Below the pieces are notes generated by a model that saw only the letters and a program-made list of their open reading frames with translations, was not told the origin of the DNA and searched no databases. The position numbers and the translations under genes were made by a program. Positions 44,540 to 55,831 of a stretch of 64,000 nt of DNA are shown here, in pieces (the stretch's first letter is position 1; each line of letters starts with the position of its first letter). Origin of the DNA: Candidatus Latescibacterota bacterium (lineage in GTDB: Bacteria; Latescibacterota; UBA2968); NCBI GenBank assembly GCA_965198115.1, contig OZ240241.1, positions 640,001 through 704,000 on the forward strand. The letters are read 5' to 3'.

Positions 44540-46093
44540 ATCTAAGCTGTGTCTAATGAATGGAGCAAAGCGAAAGGTTGACGCCTATTCAGATGTGCAC
44601 TAACTTCTGACTGATTCTGTCGGTTTCTGATTGGTCGGTAATCATTCACGCATCGTGAGTTTCACCGAGTTCGATCACTGTGGGCTTGGGGTCAAAGCCA
44701 GGGGGGCATAAAAGGACCGCCTGGCTGAGCCTTCTGTTCCGTCGGATAAGGGGGATAAGGATGAAGCGTCGGCCAGGGCGTCCACCAAAACCTTTCCTTG
44801 AGAAGAAGCGGACCTACATCAGGTTCTGGGATTTTCTTAAGCGGGGACGGGGCGGTTCGCTTGATCCGGTCGAGGTGTTTGACGTGTTGTTCAAATGGCA
44901 ACCAAAGTCTTGCAGGATGTGCCAATACCACCTCTTGATCGAGGAGGTCCGCCGATGCCTTGGAGTGGTCCACCGGAACAACGAGAAGGTCCTAAGTCGA
45001 AGGGGCGCTCACGGGAAGAGGCAGCTCATTGCGGATCTGATGAGTCTTTGGACAAGCGACGACCCTTACCCGTTCAATTTGGACCTCGGCGATCCCCACC
45101 GGCACGGGTGGGTTCCCCTGGGATTTCGCGGGCCCGGTGATAACAAGGTATATGTCGATCGAGAGCTCGTCGGGCTGGGTGACGGAATAGACGGAATAGA
45201 TTACGACCTCGTGGGGCTACCGAGGGAGAAGGGAAAATACACAGTTAAGTTTCGCAGAAGCCGCTCGGAAGGCCGGGTTATCGACCACAGCACCAGAGTG
45301 TTACACTTCGGTGATCCGGTGGCAGATGAGGTCTGGGAGAGTCGTCATCGTGGCATATCAGGTGGGGGCTTCTGGGATGTAATCAGGGGGAACCTCGTCT
45401 ACATTGAGGACCCTGGTTCACCGGAGGAGGATGACGAAGTAGCAGCATTTCTGGCCGAAGTGAACGGCCTGCATTCGGGATTCCACATACCCGAAGAGTG
45501 GAGGAGGAGGGGTGTCCGCGCTGAGAGCTTTAGCCGTATCGTCAAGAAGAGGCTCGGGGGGTCAGGGCGGCCCGATCTTGAGTTGGAGGCCGTAGACGCG
45601 AAGGGAATCCGTCGCCTGCTTTGCTCGCCGGACGTGCTCGACAGAGCTGTAGCTGTCTACCTGATCAAAGTGGCCCAGGGCGCGGAACCGTCAGCTTTAG
45701 AGCCGGAACCAACCGTCAAACGAGCCAGCAGACCCCACATGCACACAGAGGAGGCAAGGCAAGTCCTCTTGGACGCTGTCCAGGAAGATGTAGTCGCTGT
45801 CGTAAGTGCATGGCTGAGGGGCAGAGGTAAGGAGATTGTCAGGCACCTCGGGTACGCAGAAGCAGAAGCGGAGATCCTATCCGTGGCGCGGTTCCTGGCC
45901 GGAGGGCTCATCTATGGGGATAGGCCAAGGGATTTACGGGAACTCCTAATGCGAATCGGAAAAGCTGGCGAGTATGAGCTACTTGCCTCGAAGCGGCTGG
46001 ACCAGTTGCTAAGACGACACATCGAGTTTGATCTCTACGTCGTGTCGTGGGCCTATATGGTCAAGTCCCATAGTCAGTTGAAACTCATCGGGC

Positions 46094-47467
46094 GAGTTCA
46101 GGTCAATAGGTGTGTAAAAGAAATCAGGCGGCCATCTTCCCGGCTTCGACCTGCGGTCCGGTTGAGTGTTTCTGATCGTAGACTTGTTGTAGCAAGTGTG
46201 GCGCGGTGAGTTTCCTGAATCGGCTCTCTGCGACCTTGAGCGTACGCCAGATGAGAGTCGTGGCGTTCCTGACTTTCTTGAATCGCCTGGCGGCGTTTGT
46301 GCGAAGCCGAACGGAAGCAAAGGGGCTCTCGACGACGTTCGTGGTTCTCAGGTGTTTCCAGTGTTCCTTCGGGAAGTCGTAGAACGTGACCATCCGATCC
46401 CAGTCTCTTTCGAGCGTCTCCACGGCGGCAGGGAACTGTGAGCGATACCGTGCGGCAAAGCGTTTCCGGAGCTTCTCGGCCTCCTTTTTCGTGCCGGCAT
46501 AGGGGATCTGGACGAGCAGTGCGCGGGCTTCAGCCTGTGCACGCTTGGCGACCTTGTCGAGCACGTTGAGGATCTTGTGGTTCCAGCACCGTTGTTGCCG
46601 GCTCTCTGGCCAGACCTGATCAACGGCCGCCCAGATGCCCATATTCCCGTCCGCGGCGATCAGGACAGGATGTTCGAGCCCGCGATCCCGGAGATCCCGT
46701 AGCACCGTGAGCCAGGATTCTGTAGACTCTCGATAACCGGGTTCTATCGGCAGGATCTCCTTGCTGCCGTCGCTCATCGCGCCGATCACGACCAGCAGAC
46801 ACGCCTTCTCGCGCTCGAGCCCGGCTTTGACGTAGATGCCATCAGCCCAGGCGTAGACCAGTTCGCGATTATCCAGACGCCTTTCTTTCCAGTCCTGGAA
46901 GTCGACCTCCCACTTCCCTCGAAGACGAGCGATCGAGGTCGGCGAAAGCGGCGCGCCATCACCGAGCAGCGCACGCAAAGACAACTCGAAGTCGCCCTGG
47001 GAGAGACCGTGGAGATAAAGGTCGGGAAGCAGATCTCCAATGGCCCTGGTTCTCCGGGCGAACAGGGGGAGGATGCGGCTTTCAAACCGCTCTTCCAGAC
47101 CACGAACCCGGGGACGCCGGACCTTGATCGTTCCGCAGCTCGTCGAGAGACGCCGGGGCTTGCCGTAGCCGTTCCTGTAGCCCGTGGAGCTATCGACCTC
47201 GGCTCGGCGCTCATACCACGACCGGCCCAAGAACGCGGTCGCCTCCTCCTCCAGAATGGACTGGAACCGGCCCTGGATCTCTTCACGGATCCAATCGTCA
47301 ACCGTCTCCCACGTCGGCATGGACTTCAATGGGGCTCTATGCGTATGTTCCTTCACGGCGATCCTCCTTCCCAACCGGGCCTCTCACCCGGTTTTGTGTG
47401 AATCAACTATCTCACGGGAAGGGTAGGGTCGCCCTTTCTCTTTTTCCACACCTTTTGATTATAGCTC
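46094..47467 (-). mobile_element. IS256-family element type A, copy 1 (1374 bp)
   Basis: 8-bp DR CATCGGGC at 46086-46093 and 47468-47475; near-identical to 61665-63038. Confidence 0.93.
46124..47374 (-). CDS. IS256-family transposase
   Basis: YRNGY, WADGIY, ADG, QRCWNHK, RTTNVVES. Confidence 0.95.
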   Translation of the reverse strand: MGRRIAVKEHTHRAPLKSMPTWETVDDWIREEIQGRFQSILEEEATAFLGRSWYERRAEVDSSTGYRNGYGKPRRLSTSCGTIKVRRPRVRGLEERFESRILPLFARRTRAIGDLLPDLYLHGLSQGDFELSLRALLGDGAPLSPTSIARLRGKWEVDFQDWKERRLDNRELVYAWADGIYVKAGLEREKACLLVVIGAMSDGSKEILPIEPGYRESTESWLTVLRDLRDRGLEHPVLIAADGNMGIWAAVDQVWPESRQQRCWNHKILNVLDKVAKRAQAEARALLVQIPYAGTKKEAEKLRKRFAARYRSQFPAAVETLERDWDRMVTFYDFPKEHWKHLRTTNVVESPFASVRLRTNAARRFKKVRNATTLIWRTLKVAESRFRKLTAPHLLQQVYDQKHSTGPQVEAGKMAA

Positions 47468-47485
47468 CATCGGGCTCCGTGGTAT

Positions 47486-48730
47486 TCATGCTCTCTGCCG
47501 AGCATCTTGATTGTCGCCGAGATTCAGGTTGTTTTTCAGTGCTTGCCTGAGCAGCGGGTGTTTGTATCCGCTCACGCGTCGCAGGCGTGGTTCGATGTCG
47601 AGGAGTGCGGCCGCGACCCATCTGTGTCGCTGAGGAGAGTTGTTCCAGCGGTTGACCTTCCGTATCAGGTTGCCGGTCATGCTGTTGAGCGCCTCGATGC
47701 AATTGGTGGTTCGGAAGCTTCGCTTCAAGAACGGGAGCATCCCCAGCCGGTGGAGGGTCAGGGTTTCCTCCAGTCCTTCCTCGAGGCTTGCCACGGCAGA
47801 CTGATTCATCAGCTTGAGTTCGGGTTTGAGTGATTCGAGTGCGGCCTTTGCCTCCTCGTAGGTGTCGCAGTCATAGGCTTTCTGAAGTTTCCGTCGAACT
47901 CTTGGACGTTCTGCCTCCGGGAGGTAGCTGACGACGTTCTCGCGCTTGTGCCACTGACAGCGATGCACGCACACATCCCCTTTGAGGGCTTTGGTGACGG
48001 CACTGCGGAGTCCCTTTGAGCCGTCCAGCACAACGAGAAGGCCCTGGTCGTAGCACAGGCCTCTCCGGATGAGATCCTGGATCAGCTGACGGCAGATCCG
48101 TTCGTTCTCCGTCGCCGATTCGACGAAGCCCAGGGGGATCTTCTGGCCGTCCGTCGTGACGCCCGGAGCGATCACGATCTCTTCGTCGGCAAAGCTCTTT
48201 CCGTCGATGAACAGGGCGACCAAGTCGTAGTCGTCGAGCGGTCGTTCCTGGAACTGCTTCAGCTTCTTTGCGGTGGCTTTGATGAACCGTCGCGAGACGG
48301 AGGATGCCGAAATTCCGAACGCTTCGGGTACCGACTCTGCATAGGCTCTGTAGTTGCGACAGGAGATTCCCTTGAGCACACGAAGCAGCAGCTTCTCATC
48401 CATCGCTCTGGGCCTCTGCATCCCCCGGTATGCGGCCAGAGAAACCTCCGTATCGGACTCGACGTCGCGCACACGGGGAACGGCCACCGGCAGCTTCTGG
48501 TCCATCAGATACACGGACCCTTTCTGGCTTCCCCATCGACGATGCGACTGCTCTGAACCCTTACGCGCATACCGAACGCCTGCGAGCTGCTCCACCTCCT
48601 GCTGGAGCACGTCGGCAACGGCCTCCAGACCCAGCGGAATCAGCGCCCGGATCACCGATAAACGCGTCTCCAAATCCATAACGTCTGACCCAACCTTGAC
48701 TTCGCCATCCCCTGCAAATAGCTTCTCCAT
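47486..48730 (-). CDS. IS256-family transposase
   Basis: PRVRD, FIDG, LDGSKGL, RCQWHKRENV, TTNCIE. Confidence 0.93.
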   Translation of the reverse strand: MEKLFAGDGEVKVGSDVMDLETRLSVIRALIPLGLEAVADVLQQEVEQLAGVRYARKGSEQSHRRWGSQKGSVYLMDQKLPVAVPRVRDVESDTEVSLAAYRGMQRPRAMDEKLLLRVLKGISCRNYRAYAESVPEAFGISASSVSRRFIKATAKKLKQFQERPLDDYDLVALFIDGKSFADEEIVIAPGVTTDGQKIPLGFVESATENERICRQLIQDLIRRGLCYDQGLLVVLDGSKGLRSAVTKALKGDVCVHRCQWHKRENVVSYLPEAERPRVRRKLQKAYDCDTYEEAKAALESLKPELKLMNQSAVASLEEGLEETLTLHRLGMLPFLKRSFRTTNCIEALNSMTGNLIRKVNRWNNSPQRHRWVAAALLDIEPRLRRVSGYKHPLLRQALKNNLNLGDNQDARQRA

Positions 48731-49752
48731 CGTGGGCTCCTTTCTTACGGGTACACGCTCTCACACGTCTACCCACAACGTAAGTTTTGAGCCCTTTAAG
48801 TTTCAACTAGGATAGGGACCTCACCGCCTATATCGAACTTGCTAAGCAGATCCATAGTTCCCACCTATCGCAGGGCGCCGTGGACATTCCGAATATCCTG
48901 ACGCTGTTGAAATCAGGAAAGGGACCGGACCCATCGGCTATACGCGAGTTAGGTCAGATAGCACAAGCCTGGTTGCGAAGTGCTGGGGAGTTGCAGGGGG
49001 GGTCAACGCACATGTTGGTGACATTCGTGCTCTCTTCGATCCCTTCTCCTGGCTGATGGGGGAGAGGCTGCTGAATCTCACCACCGATAAGACTATGGAA
49101 GCTTTCGAGGAGGAGTATGCCACCCTGACCGATGAGGACGCTGCAGACACCTACACCCGCCAGGCGATGGCTGCTTCCCGAGTGGCAAATCGGAAAATCG
49201 TAAACAAGCGGGGTAGGGAAAGGCGGCAAGGAACTCATGGCGTTCGCTTTAACTGGAACGTCTACGATCCCGCTGTCCACCCGACCACCCTACCCGGATA
49301 CCTGCGGGAGAGACTGCCCTCATTACTCGACGACAGGCTGGCGCAGCAAGCTCCCCGTAAAGAGGGAACCGGGAAGCTCAACGTCAGCCTCGACGTCCAA
49401 GCTGAGAACTCGGAGGGTGGAGCCCACAGCTCGCCTGACCTTTCACGAAAGACCCTTCCCGACGATGCCGTTGAGCTTCTTGATTCCTGTCTTGAGGAAT
49501 TTTTCGAGGAAGCCAGGGTCTCTGAGAGGGATTCGAGGATACTGCGGATGCGCCACATCGACCGTCAGACTTACTCTGACATTGCCTGCGAGGTCGGCCT
49601 CAGCGACAGGCATATTAAACGAATTGTGAAGAAGTTCGACAGCTTTGAGCCGTGGCTGAAGGATCGGTTGTCCCGGCGCGGCGAATAGCGCACTTCTGCA
49701 CGAACCACTCAGAAAAACCGGGGGTCATCCTTATTGGATGTCCCTCTTTTTT

Positions 49753-51171
49753 GGCTCTATCCGGGTTTCTCAACGGTGAAACTATAGAATGACAAGGTCA
49801 TAGATCGTTCCCTACGCTTGGTTGTGTGTGTAGGACAATCAAAGCGAAGGGGGTGCGACCTATGACCGGGAGCAGATTACTATCGAAACTGCTGAGATTC
49901 AAGGGGTTCCGTGTTGTCAGCTGGTGGTTTGAGGGGAGAAGCTGTTTCGTCATCGCCGTAAAGCCACATAAGAATGGTTGTTGTTGTCCGGAGTGCGGCC
50001 GTCGAGGTAAAATCGTCCGCACAATGCCCCATCCGCGTCGGTGGCGTGACATTCCGGTGTGCGGGTGGAGGGTCTGGCTTCTCTACCATCCTCGGGAGAT
50101 TCGGTGTCCTACCCACGGTCGTGTGGTCGAGGAGATTCCGTGGGCGGAGCGGTTCTCTCGGGTGACGTATCGCTTCGAGTATGCCATGCTGCGCTACTGC
50201 CAGACCATGACGCAGAAGGCGGCGTCCGAGTTACTGCGCATCTCTGCCTCGACGCTGTCGGATCTCCTTCACCGATCCATCACGCGGCTTCGTGAAGGTC
50301 ATCGTATCCGAGGGCTCAAAACCATCGGGATCGACGAGATCTCCTACGCCAAGCGTCACAGGTACGCCACGCTCGTTTACGATCTGGACCGCTCCTGCGT
50401 GGTGTGGGTTGGCCGCGGCAGGGCGCGTAAAACGATCGATCGGTTCTTCACAGAGGCTCTCAGTCCCTACCGGAGATCCAAGATCGAGTGGGCCTGCTGC
50501 GACATGAGCGAAGCTTACATCGGAGCCATCCAGGAACACTGTCCGAATGCCAAGCTGGTCCTCGATCGCTTTCACATCGTCAAGGCTCTCAATGCCGCCG
50601 TTGACGAGGTCCGTAAGGACCAGTGGCGTAAAGCTGCCCCGGATGAGCGCAAAGCCATGAAGGGCCTCCGAGGCTCCTCTACCGGCACTCAGCGACACGC
50701 TCCGGAGGGGATACTCGGACACTCAAAGCACTGGAGGAGGCGAACTACCGAATCTATAGAGCCTGGAGACTCAAGGACGAGTTCGAGCAGTTCTGGGAAT
50801 ACAAAGCGCCCTGGGCTGCCGAACGCTTCCTGAAATGCTGGACGACGTCCGCACTCAGAAGTCGACTTGAACCCCTGCGAAAGTTCGTCAGGACCCTGCG
50901 ACAGCACTTCTTCGGCGTCCTCGCATTCGTGAACACGCGTCTTACCAACGCCATCGCCGAAGGCCTCAACCGAATCGTCCAAATCGTCAAGAACCGAGCC
51001 AGCGGATTCCGCACACTCGACGCATTCAACGATATGATCTTCCTTACCGTCGGAGACATAAACATCCCTGAGCAGATTCCGAAGAGGTTCCGCACACTCT
51101 AACCGCGCCCCCATGCCAGGAACCACGGCACCTTCACCCACTTCATCTCGTTGAGAGATCCGGATATAGCC
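49753..51171 (+). mobile_element. ISL3-family element copy A (1419 bp; transposase frameshifted near 50670)
   Basis: Ends GGCTCTATCCGG / CCGGATATAGCC, flanked by CTTTTTT; one T missing relative to copies B and C (CGAGGCTCC vs CGATGGCTCC). Confidence 0.93.
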
Positions 51172-51412
51172 CTTTTTTAGGCCTCGTGATTGTGCACCGA
51201 TGACACACGTGTTTCAGACTCGCCATAGACAACAGCGGCGCACGACTTCCTTCCTCCACCGGGTACCCAGGGCTGTCGCTCTGGGCTATGGGATGCCGCC
51301 CTTTGTTGAAACCTTCAACCTTCTGCGACCTCTGAGCTCCCTGCGGTAAGAGCTTTTCGTCTTTGCTCGTCCTCACTGCGGTCCTAAATTGTTCGCAATC
51401 AGGTCTTTAAAG

Positions 51413-52832
51413 GGCTATATCCGGATCTCTCAACGAGATGAAGTGGGTGAAGGTGCCGTGGTTCCTGGCATGGGGGCGCGGTTAGAGTGTGCGGAACCTC
51501 TTCGGAATCTGCTCAGGGATGTTTATGTCTCCGACGGTAAGGAAGATCATATCGTTGAATGCGTCGAGTGTGCGGAATCCGCTGGCTCGGTTCTTGACGA
51601 TTTGGACGATTCGGTTGAGGCCTTCGGCGATGGCGTTGGTAAGACGCGTGTTCACGAATGCGAGGACGCCGAAGAAGTGCTGTCGCAGGGTCCTGACGAA
51701 CTTTCGCAGGGGTTCAAGTCGACTTCTGAGTGCGGACGTCGTCCAGCATTTCAGGAAGCGTTCGGCAGCCCAGGGCGCTTTGTATTCCCAGAACTGCTCG
51801 AACTCGTCCTTGAGTCTCCAGGCTCTATAGATTCGGTAGTTCGCCTTCTCCAGTGCTTTGAGTGTCCGAGTATCCCCTCTGGAGCGTGTCGCTGAGTGCC
51901 GGTAGAGGAGCCATCGGAGGCCCTTCATGGCTTTGCGCTCATCCGGGGCAGCTTTACGCCACTGGTCCTTACGGACCTCGTCAACGGCGGCATTGAGAGC
52001 CTTGACGATGTGAAAGCGATCGAGGACCAGCTTGGCATTCGGACAGTGTTCCTGGATGGCTCCGATGTAAGCTTCGCTCATGTCGCAGCAGGCCCACTCG
52101 ATCTTGGATCTCCGGTAGGGACTGAGAGCCTCTGTGAAGAACCGATCGATCGTTTTACGCGCCCTGCCGCGGCCAACCCACACCACGCAGGAGCGGTCCA
52201 GATCGTAAACGAGCGTGGCGTACCTGTGACGCTTGGCGTAGGAGATCTCGTCGATCCCGATGGTTTTGAGCCCTCGGATACGATGACCTTCACGAAGCCG
52301 CGTGATGGATCGGTGAAGGAGATCCGACAGCGTCGAGGCAGAGATGCGCAGTAACTCGGACGCCGCCTTCTGCGTCATGGTCTGGCAGTAGCGCAGCATG
52401 GCATACTCGAAGCGATACGTCACCCGAGAGAACCGCTCCGCCCACGGAATCTCCTCGACCACACGACCGTGGGTAGGACACCGAATCTCCCGAGGATGGT
52501 AGAGAAGCCAGACCCTCCACCCGCACACCGGAATGTCACGCCACCGACGCGGATGGGGCATTGTGCGGACGATTTTACCTCGACGGCCGCACTCCGGACA
52601 ACAACAACCATTCTTATGTGGCTTTACGGCGATGACGAAGCAGCTTCTCCCCTCAAACCACCAGCTGACAACACGGAACCCCTTGAATCTCAGCAGTTTC
52701 GATAGTAATCTGCTCCCGGTCATAGGTCGCACCCCCTTCGCTTTGATTGTCCTACACACACAACCAAGCGTAGGGAACGATCTATGACCTTGTCATTCTA
52801 TAGTTTCACCGTTGAGAAACCCGGATAGAGCC
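51413..52832 (-). mobile_element. ISL3-family element copy B (1420 bp)
   Basis: Same ends; 8-bp DR CTTTAAAG at 51405-51412 and 52833-52840. Confidence 0.95.
51482..52759 (-). CDS. ISL3-family transposase
   Basis: CPECG zinc finger, IGIDE, CDM, DRFH, TNAIAEGLN. Confidence 0.95.
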   Translation of the reverse strand: MCRTIKAKGVRPMTGSRLLSKLLRFKGFRVVSWWFEGRSCFVIAVKPHKNGCCCPECGRRGKIVRTMPHPRRWRDIPVCGWRVWLLYHPREIRCPTHGRVVEEIPWAERFSRVTYRFEYAMLRYCQTMTQKAASELLRISASTLSDLLHRSITRLREGHRIRGLKTIGIDEISYAKRHRYATLVYDLDRSCVVWVGRGRARKTIDRFFTEALSPYRRSKIEWACCDMSEAYIGAIQEHCPNAKLVLDRFHIVKALNAAVDEVRKDQWRKAAPDERKAMKGLRWLLYRHSATRSRGDTRTLKALEKANYRIYRAWRLKDEFEQFWEYKAPWAAERFLKCWTTSALRSRLEPLRKFVRTLRQHFFGVLAFVNTRLTNAIAEGLNRIVQIVKNRASGFRTLDAFNDMIFLTVGDINIPEQIPKRFRTL

Positions 52833-52867
52833 CTTTAAAGGCACCGCTGGACCTAGGGAGGAGATCC

Positions 52868-55717
52868 ATGCGAGTTCTCACGTTCTTCGCTTCCCTTCTG
52901 CTCGTTACGAATGCGTTCGCCCAATCCAAGGGCACCATCATCGGCCGTGTCGTCGACGACGCCGGGGAACCTCTGCCCGGTGCGAATGTCGTCGTCGAAG
53001 GGACCACTCTCCAGGCGCCCGCGGGCGACGTCACAAACGACCAGGGCCACTACGAAGTCAGAGGCCTTGGGCACGGGAAATATCGCGTCACCGTTTCCTT
53101 CATCGGTTTTAAGACCGTTTCCCGCTCTGTCCAGTTGACTTCCGAGCAGTTGGCCTTCGATGTCACACTTCAAGCCGATCTGCTTGAACACGATCAGCTG
53201 ATCCTCTCGGCATCGCGCTCCCAGCAAAAAGCGCTCGACGCACCGGCCTCTGTTTCTGTCATCACCGGCGACGAAGTCAACAGCACACCCGCCCTCAACG
53301 TGGCGGAGAACATCCGTTCCCAGCCGGGTGTCGACTTTGTCAAAACGGGTCTGGTCCAGAACAACGTCGTTGCTCGAGGATTCAACAACGTCTTCTCCGG
53401 CGCCTTCCTCACACTGATGGACAACCGGATCGCGCGCGTTCCATCCCTCCGCATCAACGTCAACAATTTCATTCCCGTCACCAACCAGGACGTGGAACAG
53501 ATCGAAATCGTTCGCGGTCCGGGTTCGGCGCTCTACGGGCCGAACAGCGCAAACGGAGTCCTTCACATCATCACAAAGTCACCCATCGGTTCCGAGGGAA
53601 CGACGATCGGCGCGGGCGGTGGCGAGCGCAGCCTCAGGAATTTCTCGTTTCGACACGCCTCGTCCACGAACGGCAAGATCGGAATCAAAGCGTCCGGCCA
53701 ATACTACGCCGGCAATGACTGGGAATACGTCGACTCCGTCGAGGTTGCAGATCGAGGGCGCAACCCAAGAGAGGGCAACTACGATCTCGAAAGATTCTCG
53801 GGCGAAGTACGAATGGATCTGCGCCCAAATGAAGCGACGGAAATTATTCTGTCTACCGGTCTGAGCCAGGCGAAGGTCCTTGAAATGACCGGTCTGGGAG
53901 CCGCCCACGCGGACAACTGGCGCTACGCGTTCGGGCAGGCCAGAGTTCGATATCGGGATTGGTTCGCCCAGGTCTTCTACAACCGAAGTGACGCGGGCGA
54001 CAACACCCGCCTCCTCCGAACCGATGATCCGATCGCCGACAAATCCACGCTCCTCGTCTTCCAGCTACAACACCGAGCTTACCTGGGCAATCGACAATCC
54101 TTCACATATGGCGGGGACGTCCTGCGGACGCGTCCGAAAACAGAGGGAACAATCAGCGGACGTCACGAAGACAGGGACGACGTGAATGAGTTCGGAGTCT
54201 ACGTCCAAAGCGAAACAGCCATCAACGAATACATCGATCTCGTCCTCGCCGGCCGCTACGATGACCACAATCACGTTAAAGACGGAGTCTTCTCACCACG
54301 TGCGGCCGTCGTGCTCAAGCCACAGGAAGACCAGACGCTTCGGGCAACCTACAACAGGGCCTTCAGCACACCCACGAGCAACAACCTGTTCCTCGACGTC
54401 AGGAACCGCATCGATGTAGGCGGTATCGGGGCACGGTTCGAGCCTACGCTCGGCTACAGTCCGGCTATCGATATCCGTGTCCTCGGGCTGCTGGACGGAT
54501 TCACGTTCAACCGGGACGCCACCGGGTTGCCGACCTACAGGTCACCCTACGAGCTGGCTGCGTCCGCGAGTAGCATCCCTGTCGGCGGTCCCATCCAGCT
54601 GCACGACCCCGTCTTCACGAACTTCGAATGGGGAGTAGCGCGGGGGGCGGTTCTTGCCGGGTTCTCCGGGCAGTTCCGTCCTGTGCTGATCGGAGGCTTG
54701 CTGCAACAGGGCCTGCCGCAGGATCTTGCAACCGCGCAGGCCGACGGGATTCTGACCGCCTTCGCGTCGATCGTGCCAACACAGATTGCGGGACTTCAGA
54801 ACAGCCTTCGTGTCCTGAATTCCGAGACCGAAGCATTCGATGCCATCCCGATCACCGGAAACGCCGTCACCGACATCACCAGTATTGACCCAACGATTAC
54901 CGAAACCTTCGAACTTGGCTATAAGGGCGTGGTGAACAACAACCTGATCCTCAGCCTCGACGTCTATCGAACGAAAACCACCGACTTCGTGGGGCCGCTC
55001 CGCATCGAGACCCCGAACGTATTCCTCGATCCGGGACCCCTCCAGACTTCTCTCGGAACAGCTTTCGCGACCGCCCTCGCCGACCCTGCCAACGCACAGC
55101 TCGCGCAGGCATTGGCCCCGCTCGATGCTCCGGAATTCGGCGGCAATGGCGACGGCTCCATCGTAGGCGAGCTCGTGACGACCTTCGTCAGCCAGGCGGC
55201 AGCCATACCATTCGGAACGGTCACGCCGGAACAGGCCGAAGATCCGTCGGCCATCACGGTCACGTATCGAAACTTCGGCCGGACCACTCACTGGGGCCTC
55301 GATGCCGCTTTCGCCTATTACGCATCAAACGGCTGGCGAGTCGAAGGGAACTACTCCTACGTGAGCGACGACCTCTTCGAGAATCTCGACAACATCGCCG
55401 ATATCGCTCTCAACGCACCCAAGAATAAATTCAACATCGGGATCGGGTATGACCACGCGCGATCTGGCTTCTCCTTCACCGGACATCTTCGATATCGCGA
55501 CGGGTTCCCCATGGACTCCGGCGTGTATGTCGGAACCGTCGAATCCTCTGCGAGTGTCGACGCGACCGTACAGTACAAACTACCCATCACCGATCCCAGA
55601 TTCGGTGCGACGCTGACCGTCAACGCCTCGAACCTCCTCGACGAGAAACACCAGGAATTCATCGGGGCACCGGAGATCGGGCGTCTGATCAGCTCCGGCG
55701 TGATCATCAACTTCTGA
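52868..55717 (+). CDS. TonB-dependent outer-membrane receptor
   Basis: Signal peptide, carboxypeptidase-regulatory-like domain (G.V.D..GEPLPGANV), plug IEIVRGPGSALYG.N..NGV, FSPR, NLLD, terminal Phe. Confidence 0.95.
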   Translation: MRVLTFFASLLLVTNAFAQSKGTIIGRVVDDAGEPLPGANVVVEGTTLQAPAGDVTNDQGHYEVRGLGHGKYRVTVSFIGFKTVSRSVQLTSEQLAFDVTLQADLLEHDQLILSASRSQQKALDAPASVSVITGDEVNSTPALNVAENIRSQPGVDFVKTGLVQNNVVARGFNNVFSGAFLTLMDNRIARVPSLRINVNNFIPVTNQDVEQIEIVRGPGSALYGPNSANGVLHIITKSPIGSEGTTIGAGGGERSLRNFSFRHASSTNGKIGIKASGQYYAGNDWEYVDSVEVADRGRNPREGNYDLERFSGEVRMDLRPNEATEIILSTGLSQAKVLEMTGLGAAHADNWRYAFGQARVRYRDWFAQVFYNRSDAGDNTRLLRTDDPIADKSTLLVFQLQHRAYLGNRQSFTYGGDVLRTRPKTEGTISGRHEDRDDVNEFGVYVQSETAINEYIDLVLAGRYDDHNHVKDGVFSPRAAVVLKPQEDQTLRATYNRAFSTPTSNNLFLDVRNRIDVGGIGARFEPTLGYSPAIDIRVLGLLDGFTFNRDATGLPTYRSPYELAASASSIPVGGPIQLHDPVFTNFEWGVARGAVLAGFSGQFRPVLIGGLLQQGLPQDLATAQADGILTAFASIVPTQIAGLQNSLRVLNSETEAFDAIPITGNAVTDITSIDPTITETFELGYKGVVNNNLILSLDVYRTKTTDFVGPLRIETPNVFLDPGPLQTSLGTAFATALADPANAQLAQALAPLDAPEFGGNGDGSIVGELVTTFVSQAAAIPFGTVTPEQAEDPSAITVTYRNFGRTTHWGLDAAFAYYASNGWRVEGNYSYVSDDLFENLDNIADIALNAPKNKFNIGIGYDHARSGFSFTGHLRYRDGFPMDSGVYVGTVESSASVDATVQYKLPITDPRFGATLTVNASNLLDEKHQEFIGAPEIGRLISSGVIINF

Positions 55718-55831
55718 AGCCATTGAACTGCCAACGTCTGTCCGTACGGCTCGACCATCGGCCGGTTGGCGCAATCGAGCGCGCCTCGTTCGACGCTGAG
55801 GATCCGGCAAGCAACACGAGAATCCACACAG

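Larger units (their letters stand above)
46059..48825 (-). mobile_element. IS256-family element type B, containing a nested IS
   Basis: Imperfect IRs GGTCAAGTCCCATAGTCAGTTGAAACT / GGTGAGGTCCCTATCCTAGTTGAAACT; 8-bp DR GCCTATAT at 46051-46058 and 48826-48833. Confidence 0.9.
44761..49688 (+). pseudogene. Large hypothetical gene with C-terminal sigma70 region 4-like HTH, split by nested IS256 elements
   Basis: Frame reaches the target duplication GCCTATAT (46051-46058), resumes at 48826, shifts near the G7 run at 48996-49002, and ends with SERDSRILRMR...TYSDIACEVGLS.RHIKRI. Confidence 0.6.

Noticed and set aside
50660-50680. Programmed frameshift in the ISL3 copy A transposase
   Set aside because: Copies B and C are continuous; this is a one-base deletion or a sequencing error.
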